Under the pieces are notes generated by a model. The model ran no database searches. It saw only the letters and a program-made list of their open reading frames with translations, and was not told the origin of the DNA. Shown here piece by piece: positions 40,498-50,049 of a stretch of 50,184 nt of DNA (its first letter is position 1; each line of letters opens with the position of its first letter). The translations under genes and the position numbers were made by a program. Source of the stretch: a virus (Duplodnaviria; Caudoviricetes); the IMG/VR virus record IMGVR_UViG_3300027874_000015, positions 1 to 50,184 of that record; one strand, 5' to 3'.

Positions 40498-41592
40498 CTA
40501 CGGCCCCGTGTCAAAAACCTGCATATAACTGCCAACCTTGACGACGCTGGCAGTGCCGTTCGAGGTATTCTGCGCAAACTGCACGGTGAGTGTCCCGCCA
40601 GTGCCGCCGACGATGATACAACCAACAATCTGAATGACGATGCCAGAAGTTTCCGTCGTGGTGGTCGAGCCCACCGCGGTTCCTATCGAAGTGCCGCTGG
40701 CGTTAGCCTTGCCCTTGATGGCATTGTCGGCAACGGTCCAGCCCGTATACTGAATCGCTGACACTGATGCCGTGCCAGAGATCGCTGCCTGCACGCCGCC
40801 AGCCGCAGCGCAAGTGCACATGAGCGCCACGTTAAAAGCATATTTCCGATTGGCTGCCAGAGTAACCGAGAGCCCAGTGACATTTGACAACGCTGTGCTG
40901 CTGGTTTTTGAAAAATCGGTGGAGACATACTTGGCGCCACCCCACTGGAAAAACCCGGAAATGTCACCGGTGCCGCCGTTGCCAATCGCCAGGGTACTGG
41001 CGCCAACGCGCGAGATGCTGGCGTCTGCCGATGCCGTCGCATCACTGGCGGTCCATGCAACGCCCAACGCGCTGCCCATCCGCAGCGCGCTGCCATACAG
41101 AACCGCATAGGCACCGGTGGAAGAATGCCCGTCATTGGTCTGAAACCACAAGTTTGCGGCATTCTTAGCGACGTAGGTCGAACCACCATCACTATAAACG
41201 GCCAAATCCCGAGTGCCGCCGGTGCCGGCTTTCTGCGTGCCGACAGTGAGCACGTTCGAGTTGGTGATCCAGTCGAACGCGCCGCGCTCATAATTCGAGG
41301 CGTCAGTATAGCTATTGTAAGTATAGCACGCTTGCGCGGTGGTGCCGTTGCGCTGGCTCAAGGTATTAGCCGCGTCGCGCTCCAGGAACACGTCGCCGTT
41401 GATATCATAGCCGCCAAGCGAACTGACATTGCCAGAGGCGTCGACACTTATTTGACTGGTGCCGCCGACCTGCAGATCGATCAAACGCGACGCTGCAGCA
41501 TGACCTGTATCCGTCACATTCAGTTGAATCCCTTTCCACGTGGTCCCACTTGCGTTCCATGTGTCCGTGAGATTCGATATTGGTACAGTCAC
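40498..41592 (-). CDS. Virion fibre/spike-like protein
   Basis: S/T/G/A-rich; C-terminal NVTGLSVTL...GTLTVQFAQNTSN...VKVGSY domain common in phage fibres. Confidence 0.65.
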   Translation of the reverse strand: MTVPISNLTDTWNASGTTWKGIQLNVTDTGHAAASRLIDLQVGGTSQISVDASGNVSSLGGYDINGDVFLERDAANTLSQRNGTTAQACYTYNSYTDASNYERGAFDWITNSNVLTVGTQKAGTGGTRDLAVYSDGGSTYVAKNAANLWFQTNDGHSSTGAYAVLYGSALRMGSALGVAWTASDATASADASISRVGASTLAIGNGGTGDISGFFQWGGAKYVSTDFSKTSSTALSNVTGLSVTLAANRKYAFNVALMCTCAAAGGVQAAISGTASVSAIQYTGWTVADNAIKGKANASGTSIGTAVGSTTTTETSGIVIQIVGCIIVGGTGGTLTVQFAQNTSNGTASVVKVGSYMQVFDTGP

Positions 41593-41609
41593 GTGCTAAT
41601 ATCCCTTCT

Positions 41610-41700
41610 CTACACCGCACCAGTCCGTCCCGGTCCTACGCATTGTGAGCCCTGCTGATCCTCCGCCTTGCAAACCGCTCCGCACCACACCGCACCTCAC
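41610..41700 (-). repeat. Degenerate NNNGG pentamer tract, interrupted
   Basis: Minus strand: tgagg tgcgg tgtgg tgcgg agcgg ... gtagg accgg gacgg actgg tgcgg. Confidence 0.6.
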
Positions 41701-41876
41701 GTCGTTGCGCCAGCGCCATTGACGAGCTGTTGCGCGTGAGCCGCGGCGGCGCGCTGGATCTTGGCATCGATGACGACGGCGATCTCGGCCGCACGCATGC
41801 CGCCGCTGCGGACCGCGAGGTCCATAAGATTCCGCAACGCCAGGGCCTCGTCTTGCGTCAGTTCAAGAACGATCAT
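41697..41876 (-). CDS. 59-aa helical protein ([26 protein letters not shown]...)
   Basis: Hand-translated; ATGA overlap with the upstream gene. Confidence 0.6.
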   Translation of the reverse strand: MIVLELTQDEALALRNLMDLAVRSGGMRAAEIAVVIDAKIQRAAAAHAQQLVNGAGATT

Positions 41877-42166
41877 TGCTTCATCATCCTGTCGTCGACA
41901 GCAAGTGTCGCCGCCTCACGATCGCGCGCGATGTCGTTCTCGCTCTTGTCCTTGTAGAGTGCACAAGTGTCATCGGTCACTGATACTACGGGGCGCACCA
42001 TTTGCATCGACGGCCTGTTGTTGATGATCATGTACTGCGGCGTCGGCGGCACGCCGATGCAGACACGCTTGGTCAGGTCCTTGGCCGCCAGCTCCGGCGT
42101 CAGCTTGCCGAAGTGACAAGTGCCACATCTTGCCGCATTGTAAACTCCAGCTATAGTAGCCTCCAT
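41873..42166 (-). CDS. Small 4-Cys protein
   Basis: CGTC...CIGVPP...RPVV...DTC; same pattern as 39967..40167. Confidence 0.6.
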   Translation of the reverse strand: MEATIAGVYNAARCGTCHFGKLTPELAAKDLTKRVCIGVPPTPQYMIINNRPSMQMVRPVVSVTDDTCALYKDKSENDIARDREAATLAVDDRMMKQ

Positions 42167-42241
42167 GCTATGTTACGCAGCGACTCGGTGTTGAAGCACC
42201 GAGCCGCCACTTCATGCAACGAACCTTGTAGGAGGTCCGCC

Positions 42242-42745
42242 ATGCCCAATCGCATTCGTGATATTACCGGACAACGCTTCGGCCGTCTCGTCGTCATCAA
42301 AGCATCAACACAACGACGAAACAAACGAGTCCTATGGTTGTGTCGATGTGACTGTGGAAAAAAGAAACTTATCGTCAGCAACAGTCTTCGGGACACCGGT
42401 ACTCAGTCTTGTGGATGTTACACAATCGAATATCTGAGAGCAAAATCAACAAAACATGGCGGCTATCTCGGAGCAGGAAAAAGAACAAAAGAGTACACAA
42501 CATGGGGTGACATGCTAGATAGATGTTTTAACCCGAACAATAAGAGTTACAAATACTACGGCGGACGCGGCATCAAAGTCTGTAAACGCTGGTTCAAGTT
42601 CGAAAATTTTCTCGTTGACATGGGGCGCAAGCCACTTGGAATGACGCTAGATCGCATCAACAACGAAGGACCATACTCTCTGAAAAATTGTCGTTGGGCT
42701 ACACCAAAGCAACAAGCGAACAATCGACGCATCACGAAACGTTGA
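42242..42745 (+). CDS. HNH-family homing endonuclease (free-standing, inverted)
   Basis: [39 protein letters not shown]...NCRWAT..QANN; AGGAGG RBS; AT-rich. Confidence 0.85.
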   Translation: MPNRIRDITGQRFGRLVVIKASTQRRNKRVLWLCRCDCGKKKLIVSNSLRDTGTQSCGCYTIEYLRAKSTKHGGYLGAGKRTKEYTTWGDMLDRCFNPNNKSYKYYGGRGIKVCKRWFKFENFLVDMGRKPLGMTLDRINNEGPYSLKNCRWATPKQQANNRRITKR

Positions 42746-42759
42746 AGTTCATCACGCTG

Positions 42760-42921
42760 TCATGTTTTCTTTCCGAAACTCCGCAGCTCCATCACGATCG
42801 GATGCGAGAAGTCATCGCGCGCCTTCTCGACGACACGCTTGGCCTGATCGTGATCGTAAGGTCCGTAAGCGACGACCGGCGTGCCAGTCTTGGCATCAAG
42901 GACGACTACCGCGTATTTCAC
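42760..42921 (-). CDS. 53-aa hypothetical protein (MKYAVVVLDAKTG...)
   Basis: Hand-translated; GTGA overlap with the upstream gene. Confidence 0.5.
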   Translation of the reverse strand: MKYAVVVLDAKTGTPVVAYGPYDHDQAKRVVEKARDDFSHPIVMELRSFGKKT

Positions 42922-43145
42922 TCATCCCCCATGAACTTCAGCTTTGACAACGTCACCTTCACTTTCCTGAGTGAAGTGCTGCGGTTAGCCCTCTGGCCGA
43001 TGCTGTTGCTGTTGCGCGCCGATTGCGACAGCTTGGACTTGAACCACAGCGCGTCTTCGGAATCAGGGTGCAATTCACCCATCGACCCTAAACCGAGTCC
43101 ACGGCTTATGACATGTCCAGGCTTCCAACCATACGATTTGCCCAT
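42918..43145 (-). CDS. Hypothetical basic protein
   Basis: Follows the endolysin gene. Confidence 0.45.
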   Translation of the reverse strand: MGKSYGWKPGHVISRGLGLGSMGELHPDSEDALWFKSKLSQSARNSNSIGQRANRSTSLRKVKVTLSKLKFMGDE

Positions 43146-43149
43146 GCCA

Positions 43150-44721
43150 CTAAACCTCAACTGCACCTTCATCGAGATAACGCTGCACTTCCGTAAACAT
43201 CGCGTCGGCGTCCTCGCGCAACTCGACTTCCTTGCGGACGATCGGGCCGTAATGATTGCACAGGTTTCGCAAGGTCAGGCCGTGGGTCTCGACCGCGAAC
43301 ATCGGACAGTTCTTGCACAGCTCCTGAAATTTGTAGCCGGAGCCGGAACCGTAGCAGTCCCATTCCGAGGAGCTGCACGACACGCCATCGGCAAAGGTCG
43401 GAGTCCAACATGCACTGCCATCATCGGTGTATTCCGACATCAGACCTGAGAACTCAGGATCAGAAGCGGAATGAGCGTTATAACTGGTTTGGAATAGCCC
43501 GGCCTCCGCAGTGTCGGACTGCACGTTACTCGCAGATAGGTCACGGCCCTCGCAATATCGTCCCGAACTCTCGCGCATTCCGGACCCCAACATAAGGGCG
43601 TAGAGGTGGCGAAGGGTATCGGCGCCGCCGGTTTCGTTGGACATTCCGAGCTGATCGAACTTGGATTTGTAGACATGTAGCGCATCCTTGTCCGAAGTGG
43701 TGCGCGCCTTTGCCATCTCCAGCACGGCGGGATGCTCGGCGAGCAGCCGGCGATATGAACTCGCAAACGCCAGTGCCATTCCTTGTGTATACCCCGTAGG
43801 CGCGACACCGCGATCCTTCCACGGATACTCGGCGATCGAGGATTCGCGCGCAATCTTCTTGATGCGCTCCTGCTCCACCGGGGAGAGAGGGGTGGGAGTT
43901 CGCACCGGAGGCTTGCGCTCGTACAGCGCGCCCCAGGTCTGCTGGCCGACGACGCCGTCGACATCGAGATCGCGGGTGCGCTGATAGTCGAACACCGCAC
44001 CTTCGGTGATCGGCCCGAAGTCACCGTCAACATTACCCGAGAACCGCGGCAGCATCTGCTGAAGATCAGCCACGTCCTTACCGGTATCGCCCATGCCGAC
44101 CACGGAGCGGCTGTCGATCGGCACTGACCACGGGTCATGAGTGCTCGGCGGCTGCTCGGTGGGCGGCTGTCCACCCGGCGTATCAGAAATTGATACATCG
44201 GCAATCGTCTCGGCGATGGCATGGCAAATCGCGTCAAAATACTGGTTATAGTTATTGCTGTCTCCGGTATTATCGCAGAAACAGGTTTCAATGAGTATTG
44301 CCGGTTTTGACGTATTATTCAAAAAGAATAGGTCGGTGCGCTTCTTCGGTCCGCGGTTAGTGAAATGGCCGACCACCGAAATCGCAGACGACAGCTCGTT
44401 CGCCAGCGACTGCTGTGTCACATACAAAACCTCGACGCCGTGTGCCGAATGATCATAAGCGTTGAAATGCACCGACACATCGAGATCGCGGGTCTGCTTG
44501 TTGTGCCAGTTCACGATGGCGTTGAGGTTGGTGTTCTGATCGTGACTGGTGTTGTCGTGGAAGGTGACGTGCTGCACACCGGCAGACGACAGATAGTCGG
44601 CGACATGCTCGACCACACGGCGAGCCTCGTCGACCTCATCGAGCTGGGGCGGGACCGGATTGCCACGCGCGCCCCTGATGTATTTGCCGTGTCCCGACGA
44701 GATTGCGATCCGTCGCATCAT
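43150..44721 (-). CDS. Modular endolysin: Amidase_3 + peptidoglycan-binding domain + putative lysozyme-like domain
   Basis: ISSGHG, SVHFNA, ILIETCF (Zn amidase); DGDFGPITE...VDGVVGQQTW (PG_binding_1); RESSG...AGLFQTS. Confidence 0.85.
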   Translation of the reverse strand: MMRRIAISSGHGKYIRGARGNPVPPQLDEVDEARRVVEHVADYLSSAGVQHVTFHDNTSHDQNTNLNAIVNWHNKQTRDLDVSVHFNAYDHSAHGVEVLYVTQQSLANELSSAISVVGHFTNRGPKKRTDLFFLNNTSKPAILIETCFCDNTGDSNNYNQYFDAICHAIAETIADVSISDTPGGQPPTEQPPSTHDPWSVPIDSRSVVGMGDTGKDVADLQQMLPRFSGNVDGDFGPITEGAVFDYQRTRDLDVDGVVGQQTWGALYERKPPVRTPTPLSPVEQERIKKIARESSIAEYPWKDRGVAPTGYTQGMALAFASSYRRLLAEHPAVLEMAKARTTSDKDALHVYKSKFDQLGMSNETGGADTLRHLYALMLGSGMRESSGRYCEGRDLSASNVQSDTAEAGLFQTSYNAHSASDPEFSGLMSEYTDDGSACWTPTFADGVSCSSSEWDCYGSGSGYKFQELCKNCPMFAVETHGLTLRNLCNHYGPIVRKEVELREDADAMFTEVQRYLDEGAVEV

Positions 44722-44727
44722 CTCACC

Positions 44728-45018
44728 TCACTTAACACTTGCACGTTTCTCACTCAGCTTGGCCTCGGCCCATTGGCGCGCCGCGGCTTCGTTGCGCCAC
44801 TGCTTTTCCCAGTAGCCCTCTTCCGAGAACTGAGCCTGGAGCAACTTGATGCGCTCGTTGGCGCGCGCGAGATCAACCTTGACCCCTTCCAGCTTGGTGT
44901 GCGTTTCGTCGGCGAGCGCCAGCGCATTGTTGGCGCGATGCTCGGCTGCGTTGACACGCCTGAGCATCAACCGTGTGCGCTCCGGAACGCAGTCCTGCCA
45001 CAGCGAATCCCAGTCCAC
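44728..45018 (-). CDS. Coiled-coil hypothetical protein
   Basis: 96 aa with heptad pattern; AGGAGG upstream. Confidence 0.55.
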   Translation of the reverse strand: MDWDSLWQDCVPERTRLMLRRVNAAEHRANNALALADETHTKLEGVKVDLARANERIKLLQAQFSEEGYWEKQWRNEAAARQWAEAKLSEKRASVK

Positions 45019-45574
45019 TCATGTTCCTCCTGAAGGGAAGGCCGCATCGTTGAGACGCGAGGCGGCCTTCTATCCCACGCGGATTTCCCGGCCGCGTGGA
45101 AATTCAAAAGAAGGCTGCTGCGCTCTCTGGGGGGTGTCTGGGGGACATGAGCGTGGTGCAGCAGCCTTGAACGCGGCTGGGGGCCGCGTGTCCTATTCTT
45201 TCAGCTGGCAACGTTTCAGCAGCTCGACAGCATGCACCAGCTGGCTGATGTCGTCACGGTGCATGAACAAGTGACCATTCTGATCCCAGCTCAGGATCAT
45301 CGAGGTTAGATTGCGCACCAGCGCATCACGCTGCTCGTTCCACTCCAATGCGTGCCAGATGTCTCTCATCTTTGATTCGGCGGAATCACCACAGTCGCCG
45401 GCTGGCCCTCGGGCGCGCGGTTCCTGTGCGCCTCGTCCTCTTTCGGCGGCGGCTTAGGTTGCTTCGGTGGTTCAGGCTTTTTCTCTTCAGCCATGTTGGC
45501 CTCCTTTGCGGCACACGGAAAACAATAGCCGCGAAAGCCGCCGATCAGCATCGGCTGGCCGCAGCGTGGGCAGA

Positions 45575-45805
45575 TCACTTCGGAACCACGCAACGCGCCA
45601 ACAACTGCGATACTTCGCGCTGATACTCGAAATTCTGCTTGATCATGGTGTCACGAAACTCGGCGCCCTTCGCCAGCGCATAGAAAATGAAGATCAGCAT
45701 CGCGGTGTTGGCGACGATCAAAGCCAAAGTGGCGGGGTTGCTCTTGAGCGCCTCGATGACACTACGCGCGGTCTGACCGGCTTCTTCACTCACGCCTGGA
45801 TTCAC
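45575..45805 (-). CDS. Single-TM protein, candidate holin-related
   Basis: TLALIVANTAMLIFIFYAL hydrophobic segment; near the endolysin. Confidence 0.45.
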   Translation of the reverse strand: MNPGVSEEAGQTARSVIEALKSNPATLALIVANTAMLIFIFYALAKGAEFRDTMIKQNFEYQREVSQLLARCVVPK

Positions 45806-45912
45806 TCAGGTCCAATCCGCAAATGTCCGTCCCACTCCAGACTGCCGATCATGAACAGCACGAAGATCACGGCGAGAATGACCGCGAGCGTGATCAACAA
45901 GCGTTTGCCCAT
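45802..45912 (-). CDS. 36-aa membrane peptide (MGKRLLITLAVILAVIFVLFMIG...)
   Basis: Hand-translated; GGAG RBS; GTGA overlap with the next gene. Confidence 0.5.
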   Translation of the reverse strand: MGKRLLITLAVILAVIFVLFMIGSLEWDGHLRIGPE

Positions 45913-45960
45913 GGTTTTACTCTCCGCCCGGCCCGTCGACCGGGCGGAGGCTGAACGAGC

Positions 45961-46356
45961 TTAACGCTTCGGCCCAGCCGTGCCGGGCGGCGGGAAATAG
46001 CCCCACGCGTTGATGGGCGGCCCCATCCAACCCCAGCCGCCTTCAGCAGGCGGCGGCTTGATCACGATGGTGATCGGCGGCGGCTCGGGCTGCGGCGGCT
46101 CGGTCGGCGGATCGGGAATGATCGGCCCACCTCCGATGCCAGGAGGCATTCCAGGCCCTGGCGGGTTGAACCCTGGAGGTCCCCAGATCGGATGGATCGG
46201 CACGCCGGGTGGCTGCTCGGGTGGAATTACCGGTCCGCCGCCAACACTCAGCGTCGGGTCCCACGCATTGCCGACGAATGACACCGCCATTGGCGCATGC
46301 ATCTTGTCCATCGGATAGATCACGCCCGTCATCATTACCGGTTTTGCGCTCATCAT
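45961..46356 (-). CDS. Pro/Gly-rich protein
   Basis: GGGPVIPP repeats, WGW...WGYFP C-terminus; AGGAG RBS. Confidence 0.65.
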   Translation of the reverse strand: MMSAKPVMMTGVIYPMDKMHAPMAVSFVGNAWDPTLSVGGGPVIPPEQPPGVPIHPIWGPPGFNPPGPGMPPGIGGGPIIPDPPTEPPQPEPPPITIVIKPPPAEGGWGWMGPPINAWGYFPPPGTAGPKR

Positions 46357-46368
46357 GGTCTCCTGTGG

Positions 46369-46599
46369 TTAAGTGGTTAACCTTACTTTTGCGCGCTTCA
46401 CATACCAACTCAAATCCCAGCGCCGCATGATCTGTCCAAGAATAACAACACGTATTTGATCGAGGCTAGGCTCAACCTTCCACTCGTTCAAAAGGTCGCT
46501 GAACATTTCCACATCCTGCATCGTATATGGAAACCACTGCTGCGCCTCTGGAGACAACAGCCGCAACGCTTCGACGTTCAAACCCAGCTTCAAATTCAC
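46369..46599 (-). CDS. Hypothetical protein
   Basis: C-terminal part of ORF 46369..46698; start uncertain. Confidence 0.4.
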   Translation of the reverse strand: MNLKLGLNVEALRLLSPEAQQWFPYTMQDVEMFSDLLNEWKVEPSLDQIRVVILGQIMRRWDLSWYVKRAKVRLTT

Positions 46600-46699
46600 T
46601 TGTACCTCACCGGCACGCACACGCCGCGCTTGGTGTCGCTGTACTTGCCGCAGATCGAGCACTGCCACTTGCCTGTCACCAGGAAGCCGAGCAGCCACC

Positions 46700-47020
46700 T
46701 CACGTCTTCATCCTCTCATGCTCGGGCGCAGCGACCGGGTCGTCCCAACCGATCTTGCCTCCCGTGACCTCCTCGGCCAGCGCAGCGAGTGCGTCGCGCA
46801 TGATCGCCAGGAACGCATCCTTGCGAATTTTGTCGTGCTCGACGAACCGCATCGCGATCGAGCCGATCCAGATCGCGCCGTCCATGGTGTTCGGGCGCGC
46901 AACGTACGCGTTCCACTTGTCGCCTTCATGACGCATGGCGAGACGGAACGCAGGCTTGGGCTTGCGTCCATAGTCGGCGCCATATTCCTGAATCTCTTCC
47001 TCAGCGCCCGGCCCAGTCAT
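46700..47020 (-). CDS. Hypothetical phage protein
   Basis: RLAMRHEGDKWNAYVA...IGSIAM; ATGA overlap. Confidence 0.65.
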   Translation of the reverse strand: MTGPGAEEEIQEYGADYGRKPKPAFRLAMRHEGDKWNAYVARPNTMDGAIWIGSIAMRFVEHDKIRKDAFLAIMRDALAALAEEVTGGKIGWDDPVAAPEHERMKT

Positions 47021-47403
47021 TTCATCTTCCCCAACATCTCGCGTCCTTTGATGAACAACGACTTCGGCAACTGGCCCGAGTTCACCATGTGGCGACGTTC
47101 GTTGCGATTCCACTTCACAACAAGGTCGCGGCAATCAAAACGCTGGCAAACGTGAGGAGCGCGGCCGTGAATGGTGCATCCATGATCATCAGAGAGATAT
47201 ACGCAAGCACCATCAGGACGACGCTTAAGAGCGCGTCCAAGGCGCTTGCCGTCCTTCTCGATCCAGACCCAATCGTACAATTCAAACTCTTCCTCCGCGA
47301 GCGGCACGATCAAAGTACGACAACACAGTGTGCAGCCATTGCAGGGGACCGCGCTGCGGCGGGTCTCGCGGTCGATCAGTTTTGAGGCAGGAACACCACG
47401 CAT
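47017..47403 (-). CDS. YkgJ-like CxxCxxCC metal-binding protein
   Basis: CNGCTLCC...GACVYL...CTIHGRAPHVCQRFDC. Confidence 0.75.
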   Translation of the reverse strand: MRGVPASKLIDRETRRSAVPCNGCTLCCRTLIVPLAEEEFELYDWVWIEKDGKRLGRALKRRPDGACVYLSDDHGCTIHGRAPHVCQRFDCRDLVVKWNRNERRHMVNSGQLPKSLFIKGREMLGKMK

Positions 47404-47764
47404 AGGTCCCGGGCCACCGTGGATCGGGATTGGGGATCGTGCCGGTGCCATGGCACACCTCGCAGTCAGGGTCGCCCAGTGACTCCTTTACCAGCTCCAC
47501 CTGATCAGCAAGCAGCTCGCAGTAAACGCCATTCCGCAACTGCACGCCGATGATCGACAGCTTGCCGCGATACACATCGGTGACACGATACACCCGATCA
47601 TCGAAGCGCACATGAGCGCCAACCGTAATCAGTGCGCCGCTTTGGTCTTTGACAGCAAGCTCAATGCGCCCAGCACTGACCTCCACATCGCCTTCGCGAC
47701 GTGCAGCAGCGAGGCACCATTTCTTCCATCTTTTTTTGACGTCCAACATCACGTTGTCATCCAC
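47282..47764 (-). CDS. Hypothetical protein with CxxCxGxG motif
   Basis: 160-aa ORF; overlaps the downstream gene, boundaries uncertain. Confidence 0.4.
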   Translation of the reverse strand: MDDNVMLDVKKRWKKWCLAAARREGDVEVSAGRIELAVKDQSGALITVGAHVRFDDRVYRVTDVYRGKLSIIGVQLRNGVYCELLADQVELVKESLGDPDCEVCHGTGTIPNPDPRWPGTYAWCSCLKTDRPRDPPQRGPLQWLHTVLSYFDRAARGGRV

Positions 47765-47909
47765 AGCACCAATACCCCTGACAACAGCACAGTGCAGAGA
47801 ATAATTGTCAGCGCGATCGGATCACTGAACAGCTCAACGAACTACGTGTACATCGTTGCATCATCGGATTTAGCTTTATCAGCTAAAAAGAACAGCAACT
47901 GTGCGTGCG

Positions 47910-48017
47910 TCATTCCACCACCGCCCGGTTCATCATTTCGAAGACCACGAAAAAGATCATCGAGAAAAACACCACCATCACCACCCAGAACAGCAGCAGC
48001 CGTAAGAACTCAATCAT
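47910..48017 (-). CDS. 35-aa membrane peptide
   Basis: Hand-translated MIEFLRLLLFWVVMVVFFSMIFFVVFEMM...; ATGA overlaps. Confidence 0.4.
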   Translation of the reverse strand: MIEFLRLLLFWVVMVVFFSMIFFVVFEMMNRAVVE

Positions 48018-48184
48018 ACGTGCCGCGGCAGCTTTGCCTTGACATCGGTCAAAAAATTCTCGGCGGCCCTATCGTAACACGCGCGGTGCCACATACGACC
48101 GAGCAGATCGCGCGTCGCCTCCTCCACCTCCTCGATCGGCTGCGCGCAACCGAAGCAGCACCTAAGTGGCTTAGGTTCGTTCAC
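48014..48184 (-). CDS. Small Cys/His protein
   Basis: CFGC...WHRAC. Confidence 0.4.
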   Translation of the reverse strand: MNEPKPLRCCFGCAQPIEEVEEATRDLLGRMWHRACYDRAAENFLTDVKAKLPRHV

Positions 48185-48389
48185 GCATTTGCTCCCAAAA
48201 TTCGGCGGAACGCCGTTCTGCTTCCGGAGAATAGATCTTCTCAATCATGTATGTCAGAGCATCGATACGTCGGATGAGCCGATCGCGCTGAGCAATCAAA
48301 CGCTCGCGCTTGTGCCAGCACGCCAAGCGTCGTTGCGCCCAACTGTTCACCGGAAGCTTGACTACGACACCAGCTTGAGCTTCGGGCAT
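48171..48389 (-). CDS. Hypothetical protein
   Basis: 72-aa ORF in an overlapping chain of genes. Confidence 0.45.
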   Translation of the reverse strand: MPEAQAGVVVKLPVNSWAQRRLACWHKRERLIAQRDRLIRRIDALTYMIEKIYSPEAERRSAEFWEQMRERT

Positions 48390-48586
48390 TTCTTCATCTC
48401 TCGCTTATATGTCCGCGGAATGTCGCCACATGCAATCCAGCGCCGCGCGTTGTTGAGATACTCCTGAACTGTACGTGAATAGTTGTCACGCCGCGCCAAC
48501 AGCCAGACCAGACGCAGCTCGAACGCCAGCGCTGCCTTGCGTGCGCGCTTCGCCTTCAGCTCCTGTTTGTGCGCCGCAGACTTCAT
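48362..48586 (-). CDS. Hypothetical basic protein
   Basis: TGATG-coupled to the terminase stop. Confidence 0.45.
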   Translation of the reverse strand: MKSAAHKQELKAKRARKAALAFELRLVWLLARRDNYSRTVQEYLNNARRWIACGDIPRTYKREMKKCPKLKLVS

Positions 48587-50046
48587 CACTTCACCCACGA
48601 AAGATCGCTCGGATATCGGTACTTCGAAGCAATCTTGTTGAACGCGCCGCTCGATGCGTCTACTTGATCCTTGTACTTGCCGACGGGGAAGTGCTCGTGC
48701 TCGTCCAGGTAATCACGGTTCCATCCGGCACGCACAATCCGTACGTTTCCGGCCTGCCACTGTGCTGCGAATGGATCAGCGCGAGCAACCTTATCACCGG
48801 TAACACGATCAGCCTCAGCACTAAAACCAGCAAGCATTCGGATAGATGCTTCCGCACTTTCCTTGCCTCCCGATCCCGGCTCCTGCTCCAGCCAAATCTT
48901 GGTGTACGGATACAGCTCTTCATCGATCTGCGCCGTCTGCTTAATGACGCGCTCGCGCTCCAGCGCGCCCCACTGGGCGCGGCGCACATCGGCAACAGTG
49001 AATGTGCCGTCATTCATGCGTAGCATCAGCACACCCGCCGAATATGCGCCGCCCTCCGAGGTCCCGGCCTTGTCCCAATAGCGCGCTGCTGAGGCCACCA
49101 GGGAAGGGGAAGGTCGTTCCGGCACCACCTCGATCTTGTCGATCGGAAACATGTCGCCACCAGCGACGATCGGCGACTGCTGATACACCGACTGCCAGCC
49201 GGCCAGCGTCATCACCGCACGTTGCTTAGTTAAGAATTCGAGGCTCTTCAGCTCTGGGAACAACGGATCGCCAACCCGCCGTGTGACCGGCTGCCCGTCG
49301 AGCCCCTCGTGAGTCTCATTCTCTTCGGCAAGCGCCGGATAGCACAGCACACGAACCCCAGGATATTGCGCGATCAAACGCCCAGCCGGATCGTCGAGGT
49401 GCCAACGGGTCATAATCATCAGCATCGCGCCGTTGTCGGCGAAGCGCGACATGAAATCGTCAGTCATCCAATTCCAAGCTTTGTCGCGAATAAGTTCCGA
49501 AGACGCCTCCGCGCGGCCCTTGATGGGATCATCGACGATGCCCAAATCCAGACCCTCGCCTGTAATCTGACCTTCCAACGTCGTATTCTTGAAATATCCA
49601 TCATTCTCCAGCTCGAAAAATTTCACCGTGCGTTGCGGACTGTTGGCCAGCAAATCCTTCCCGAATATACCTTTGTATTTTTCCGAACTGAGTATCCTTT
49701 GCAATCTCAAATTAGCCCTGATACCCAACCGCTCCGAAAACGATGCAAATATCAGTTTCAATTCCGGCTTCTGCCCGATCACCCACGCCATCCAGTCGAT
49801 TATCGCAGTCGACTTTCCGTGTTGCGGCGGCGACTGTATCAACAGCTTGGGACGGCGTCCACGACTGTAATCATTCCAAAACCGGTGCAACTCCAACGCC
49901 ACCTCACGCGTCCACCAGCCACGAACCAACCGCGGATAATTGATGTACTGCCGGAACGCCCAGAAACTTTCGCGTGATTCATCCTGCGCCATCAATTCCC
50001 ATGGCACCGCAGCACTGGGATCGACGAGGTCAAAACCACCGTGCAT
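48586..50046 (-). CDS. terL: Terminase large subunit
   Basis: Walker A PPQHGKS, Walker B GIVDDP, MTRWHLDD, YWDKAGT, KDQVDASSGAF nuclease motif. Confidence 0.93.
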   Translation of the reverse strand: MHGGFDLVDPSAAVPWELMAQDESRESFWAFRQYINYPRLVRGWWTREVALELHRFWNDYSRGRRPKLLIQSPPQHGKSTAIIDWMAWVIGQKPELKLIFASFSERLGIRANLRLQRILSSEKYKGIFGKDLLANSPQRTVKFFELENDGYFKNTTLEGQITGEGLDLGIVDDPIKGRAEASSELIRDKAWNWMTDDFMSRFADNGAMLMIMTRWHLDDPAGRLIAQYPGVRVLCYPALAEENETHEGLDGQPVTRRVGDPLFPELKSLEFLTKQRAVMTLAGWQSVYQQSPIVAGGDMFPIDKIEVVPERPSPSLVASAARYWDKAGTSEGGAYSAGVLMLRMNDGTFTVADVRRAQWGALERERVIKQTAQIDEELYPYTKIWLEQEPGSGGKESAEASIRMLAGFSAEADRVTGDKVARADPFAAQWQAGNVRIVRAGWNRDYLDEHEHFPVGKYKDQVDASSGAFNKIASKYRYPSDLSWVK

Positions 50047-50049
50047 GGA

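Noticed and set aside
42002-42745. 247-aa version of the HNH ORF, or a group I intron around it
   Set aside because: AGGAGG supports a start at 42242; the gene is antisense to intact flanking genes and no split host gene or intron core is evident
47749-47913. In-frame TAG (47842-47844) inside a possible small membrane ORF, suggesting stop-codon recoding
   Set aside because: Other genes end normally at TAG with tight packing and long genes are uninterrupted; more likely a decayed or spurious ORF
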